Shown here one piece after another: positions 44,741-64,000 of a stretch of DNA of 64,000 nt (positions within the stretch are counted from its first letter, which is position 1; each line of letters starts with the position of its first letter). The position numbers and the translations under genes are program-made. The notes beneath the pieces were generated by a model, which saw nothing but the letters and a program-made list of their open reading frames with translations, was not told where the DNA came from and ran no database searches. This DNA is from Chrysomallon squamiferum (Eukaryota; Animalia; Mollusca): NCBI GenBank assembly GCA_012295275.1, contig CM022667.1, positions 14,260,001 to 14,324,000 on the forward strand. The letters are read 5' to 3'.

Positions 44741-45344
44741 TGTATGTATGTATGTATGTATACAAACGGTCTACATTTAAGACATACAACCATAAGGTTT
44801 TAGTTGATTTCAGCAATACTGTATTTTGGATCCTTACAAATAACTGTTTATCAGTTTATTTTTCTCTACAGATTTTCCTTATTATCAGTCAATCAAAATA
44901 GCGAGTTTTTCAAGATTTTGTTTCCATTATTTTCCTTTTACTTATTTATTTATTTATTTGTTTGTTTGTTTATTTATTTACTTACTTTTCATTTGTTTGT
45001 TTGTTTATTTACTTACTTTTTATTTTTTTGTTTTGTTATATTTTATTCTATTTTTATTTCTATTTTTACTTTTATTTTTAAAGGAAAATGTTATTCATTG
45101 ATGTTTGTTGTTATGTCTGGTTTATTTCTCAGGTTAAATTAAACTCTTTCTTTATAGATTAATGACTAAGACATTTTGTTTCAGTACGTAAAAGCAACAG
45201 AAAAACTGACACACACACACGTACATACAGACATACATACACAGTACGTACATCCGGCCTTGTAAACCCTCCCGTGAAAAACGCTTCTTTATGTTTGTAT
45301 GGACTTCCTAAGATATTTTTCTCCAGCCACCTGCAACCTGCCGT
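44537..45344 (-). pseudogene. Orphan A-type fragment: 3' part of exon 7 (45344-45252), intron 7 and 5' half of exon 8 (44675-44537)
   Basis: Aligns to A2 22696-23470 and is truncated at both ends. There is a 1-nt deletion in CCA GAA GAA GAA. Confidence 0.8.
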
Positions 45345-53700
<8,356 letters not shown>

Positions 53701-53739
53701 ACTACAAAAAGGAAAACCAACAACGAAAAACGACAATAG

Positions 53740-55650
53740 TCAAACAAAACAAACAATTATTGGCATTTTATGTATTAAAAAAATTAAGTTTAAAATATAA
53801 TAAATGTATTAAGAAGAAAAAGCAAAATGAAGAACGAAAAAATAAAATAAAATTATTAAAAAGTGGAAACTTAAAAAAATAGTAATAAAATTTATGATAA
53901 GAGACAGAAAGAAACAATTTTTCTTTTTGGAAAAAGTATAGAAAATAAAAATAGAACAGTTGATTATTTTCAGTAACAAAGTTCCTGTGTTCACACAAAT
54001 TAAACAGATAAACTTTAAGTAAAATTAGTTGTCTCATCAACATTTTTTTACTTTAGCTGTAGCTGCAGTTATGTTATCGGAGTACATGTAACATTATATA
54101 ACTGATATTTAGTTTTTAAGTGTAGCTTAATGCTCTGGATTCACTCTAAATAAACATCCATAAACATATATTACAGTATTTTCTATCAGTGGAAATGCAG
54201 ATAACTAACAATGACAAAATAAAGATAATTATCACTTCCATTGAAACTAGATGGCCCTAAGTACATAACCATTCAAACAACAGACACAACGTGAATGTCA
54301 CAGCCGTCATTTCTCTTTCTAAGCTGGCGTGCACGTCAGTGAAGACGCCTATACAAAAACCGGGTGTGGACAATTATGTCGGATGGGTGTAGAATAACAA
54401 AGGTTTAGTTAAACTGTGAATTCATGTGTGTATCAAAACAAAGGAGTATTTTCCTACTAATTGAACACAGTTTCTGAACAGAACATTAATTTATTCAGCC
54501 TATTATTCAACTTTTTGATTTATTCATATATCTATTTTTTTATATACTAGAATCGTAATAATTAATCGAACAGCAATAAAGAGCTAAAGTTAAATAAGAT
54601 AGATAGATAAAAAGACAAAAAGATAGACAGACAAATACAATTTTGAACGTTATTACGTTTTATAGTTTAGTAATCATATAATTAATATAAAACGTGGCGA
54701 TCACTACTGCTTTAAATATGCTTATAAAACAATATTCTGCTCTAAAAATATTATTTAGCTACCAAGGTGTAATATAAAACATTAGAAAACACTCAGGTAT
54801 CAGGCCGGCACGCAGAACTTTATACTGGGTGGGGATGCAGGGGTCTCAGAAAGCTTGCTTAAATGTCGCGTTAAATTAGCAAGAGAGAATAATAAACTTA
54901 GTGTCTTCGACAACGTCAGTCACGATTCAACACATTTCTGCACACAGCTTCGGACTATTTTTGTTGTTGTTTTGCACTCATTCGTGGACGGATCTCAGCA
55001 TAATATGGGGGTGCGTACATCCTCTTTCCTCCCCCCTGTTGCATACAGGCCTGGGTATATAAAAGGGACGAGTGAGTTTCATCACAATCGTCCATCGACT
55101 TCAGGAACCCACAACAATGTTGTAACTGTACCGCTTAGTGTGTATTAAACTTTAAACAATTAATTGCTACATGAACTGTTTGAAAATATCTTTTATGTAT
55201 TTGGAATATTACACAGTACGACAGGAAAGTAATTTGTTTAATACGGTTTACTTTTTTTTTTTTTTTTTTTTTAGAATGATTAAGTATGATAATTTATTCG
55301 AAATATACACTTTGATACGTTACAACAAATCTACATACAGGTTCGTTTCGTCGGTACAAGGATCGTCACTCTACACAGACTTGTTCCTGTCACTTTGATT
55401 AAGACAGAACTTACTGCATGCAGAAAATAACATCTTACAAACAATAATGCATTAATTAGTGAATTTTCCCCTGGGTGATAGGAAATGGAGTGGGTACGGA
55501 TGGATGGATTGGTCGATGGACTGAGGGTTAGATAGATCGATTTTGTGTGTGGACACTTTTTCTTCAGGATACTGCAAGTGAATAGATCTAGCAGCAGATT
55601 TTGATTTGACATCAGCAAACCTGCAGTGGGAAGTCTTCTCGAAGAAATGA
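53740..55650 (+). pseudogene. Plus-strand relic of a B-type gene: intron 1 and degenerate start of exon 2 (55568-55650), no exon 1
   Basis: Reverse complement of B4 50200-51950. ttcttcag|gatactgcaag...gatttgacatcagc...cttctcgaagaaatga, with small deletions. Confidence 0.75.
54801..55053. mobile_element. Same MITE (internally deleted) in the plus-strand intron-1 relic
   Basis: CAGGCCGGCACGCAG...GCATACAGGCCTG, ~40 bp shorter than the 12317 copy. Confidence 0.6.
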
Positions 55651-56074
55651 CAAAATAAAGATAATTATCACTTCCATTGAAACTAGATGGCCCGAAGTAT
55701 ATAATTATCCAAACAACAGACCTAACGTGAACGTCACAGCCGTCATTTCATTTTCTAAGTTGGCGTGCGCGTCAGTGAAGACGCCTATACCAATAGCCAG
55801 TTGTGAACAATTATCTCGGCCGAGTTTACAGTAACAATGGTTTAGTTAAACTAGAGTTCATCTGTATAATAAAACAAAGGAGTATTTTTCTATTAATTAA
55901 ACAGCTTCTGAACAGAACATTTATTTTATTCTTATTCATTTTATTTATTTATTCTTTGTTATTTTATTTTAATTTTTTTTTTTACTAGAAACATAATGAT
56001 TATTCTAACAGTAATAAAGTACTGAAGTTAGAGAGATAGATAGATACACAGACAGACAGACAGACAGAGAGGTA

Positions 56075-58383
56075 ATGGGCCGATTCCACAATGCAGTTAT
56101 TTCGAGTTATGTCCCTTGATTTGTCGTTAGATGCCGCTGCGCAAACCATACCGGGAGTAAAAAGCAGATCGGCTATTGCGAAAAACGCAGCACGACGAAG
56201 CAAACTGTTATCAACAAAACACGCTCTGAATACCCGCGACATAAGCCTGTTGACAAGTCGATAACTGACCAGAATCTCTCCACTCATCACTGATTGATTG
56301 CAGAGCCAGATGTAGGATTTCATTACGAAACCATTAAATTATGTATCCAACATACTCTGTACGTAAATAAACTCAAACAGTTACAAACTAACAAAGGGCT
56401 TTGACTTTGCCCAGCGTGTCGGGTGTGGTCACCTCTTTCCTGTTCCCTGTGGAACAGGTATAATATCCTGCCATATAATATTAGAAAGTTAAATATAACA
56501 GTTAAACATTACTATAATACTTTACTCAATTCGTCATTCTTAAAATCGGCATACAATGTAAAATGGTAAAACATTTTTAACTTTTCTTTTTCAGGAATGC
56601 CAGACAACTCGGCCCAGAGTCCAGAGACAACTCGGCACAGGGACAATCTTGTCTGTTGTTGGACAAGTGTTGGTTTTTAAATTAAAGTATTCTCACCGAA
56701 AAAAAAAGGATGTGTTTTTGTTAGTATTGAATTAGCCCCACCTTAACCTAAACGTCCCGAAACGAAGTGTCATGTTGGATTGATAAATTGCCGATCCATT
56801 TATCTTTGAAGATAGTTTCCGATTAATTTGTTTTTGTTCTACAGTCGGTGACCTAAACATTTGAGATGATCCAAGAAATTGAGATTATCGTAGTAATAAC
56901 CTAGCCTCCTGACTTCCAGTGAGTAGCTAATGAACAAGTAAATGATATCACCCTACAGACGTTGTGTTGTTATTTTACCTGCTATTAAAAAGTAAATCCA
57001 ATTGGTTAGCAGAATGACATTGTCAGCAAGTAATGTATATAACCGACCGATTTATTTACAACGCTATAATTCTGCGACGGACACGCCCGCTGACCTGTCA
57101 GAAAGCGTGCCCGTCGTAGTCGTGCTTCACAGCAGCTTGCTCTGATTAGCACGTTCAGTTTTGTTCAGTTTCAGTTTCAGTTAGATCGCTATTGTTTAGT
57201 GCGTGTGTCGGTTACCAGCCAGTGTTAAACCTCAGTCACACAAACTTGATATATACATGACTGTTTAGTTATATGTATATAATTTTATGACGTTGTGATA
57301 TATATGAATATGTTAAACATTAGTAATGGATGTATTAGGAAAGTATGGATTGTATAATTGCATGAAGGAATAACATATGGTGTTATGTCATGTGTATTGT
57401 TTGATAGGAACCATGTATTAACGATATGTAGCAAGATGTTTAATTTTATGACAGTCTAGGGAATGTCATGCGTTATATATATGTATTTCTTATTGTAATG
57501 TCATGTATTGTATTTTAATTTATTGATTTGATTGTTTCAGGGTTTTAAACACACATTGTGTGTGATGTAAAATAAAAAGCCATTGTCCTAAACCTACAGC
57601 TGTTTGTCGTCTTTTTGAAAACAAACTCAAATACTATTACATATATTATGTATTTTAAACACAACACACATATATATAATACATGTACATAAGAATAATC
57701 AAACCCTATGACTAGTACAACATCCCATTCCGATTTCAGTAACATGTTTTTAAAAACTTTAATTACATTTACTTAGGCTAACAGTAATATAGATAGTCCA
57801 AGATCTGGTCACAGTCTACATTTCATTGTCTACGTAGAGCTGCTGTAACCAGACTGTAATTAATCATACAATATCAAGCAGCATCCACGTTTTATTCAGT
57901 AAATAGATAGCTAGACAGAGAACTACATCAATAAAATAATCTCTCTGTGAAAACCAGTTTGAGTATTTAAACAAAGAGTCCCCACTATAACCAGACGGTA
58001 ATTAATCACACAATATCAAAATGACTTGCAGCATCCAAGTGGCTGTTTACCTTCCTGCTCCATGGATCGTAAAGGTTGCTCTTGGACTAAGTCAAATGGT
58101 TTCGGGTCAAGAGTTCGAGGTGGAAAATCATAAGGAGTTACTATAACTGCAGCTCTGATTGGTGGTTATAGCACGCCCACTGACCTGTCAGAAAGCGCGC
58201 CCGTCGTAAACGTGCTTCGCAACAGCTTGCTCTGATTAGCACGTTAATTTTTTTCAGTTTCAGTGGTTATAGGTGACAGTGACTATCAAATTTGGTGCAA
58301 AGCATGCGGTACGAACCGGAAGTGAGGAGGATTCGCGGAATGGGAAGATAACTCTAAATAACTGCATTGCGGAACCGGCCCAT
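56075..58383. mobile_element. 2.3-kb non-autonomous DNA transposon with ~40-bp TIRs
   Basis: Left end ATGGGCCGATTCCACAATGCAGTTATTTCGAGTTATGTCCC. Right end reverse complement ATGGGCCGGTTCCGCAATGCAGTTATTTAGAGTTATCTTCCC. Flanked by TA on both sides. No transposase ORF. Confidence 0.75.
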
Positions 58384-58864
58384 TAATTGCTAACTGAACT
58401 GTTTAAAATATTTTTTATGTATTTTGAATATGATACAATACGACAGAAAAGTAATTCATTGTGTGCGGTTTATTTATTTTTTTTTATTTTTTTTGATGCA
58501 TTCACGTGGCTACAACAGCTCTACTACATCTCTGTTCGTTTCGTCAGTAGAAGGCCTGTCACTGTACACAGGCCTGTACCTTTCACGTTAATAAAGTCAT
58601 AACTGATCCATAGGATCCAGTAGTCAAATACACTATCAAATGCCTTCCGAACGTTGATCCATGCGGTTCGTTCTTCTTGTTCTACAATACTCTGTAATCT
58701 TCTTGCTTACGAGCAGTCGATCTTTGCACGTGCAGGAGCCTCTTTTGCACCCATTCTGCCGAGATGGTAGGAGCTTGTTGTCTTCAAAGAATTTGTGTGT
58801 CTTTGCTGATTGTTTTCTCTGCCTTAGCTTCGTTTTCTTTCTTTTTTTTCTTTTTTTCGCTGTT

Positions 58865-64000
<5,136 letters not shown>

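Noticed and set aside
56000-56323. 107-aa ORF at the transposon left end
   Set aside because: It crosses the TIR into microsatellite and has no transposase motifs.

Overview
AT-rich, microsatellite-dense eukaryotic (invertebrate-like) genomic DNA with a 200-N scaffold gap at 34468-34667. Nearly the whole window is a tandem and inverted array of one 8-exon gene family encoding a ~603-609 aa protein with an N-terminal signal peptide and many N-glycosylation sequons. I cannot assign the family a name. I reconstructed the exons by hand from GT-AG sites with consistent phases (exon lengths 545/295/150 or 168/174/135/109/122/282 nt). There are two subfamilies, A (3 copies) and B (5 copies), plus at least four orphan exon fragments. 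Only two copies look fully intact: A2 (22554-28285) and B3 (36019-42178). The others carry frameshifts or exon losses, or are cut by the gap or window edge. Motif order (P-x-D-F-D-[S/G/L]-T ... NDVD-x-x-VC-x-NV ... YY-x-S-x-x-x-FYWF-x-SR ... TYATALLAL) suggests, by inference only, an (alpha/alpha)6-barrel class II terpene-cyclase-like fold. The locus shows head-to-head gene pairs, gene conversion, microhomology deletions and several non-autonomous transposons.
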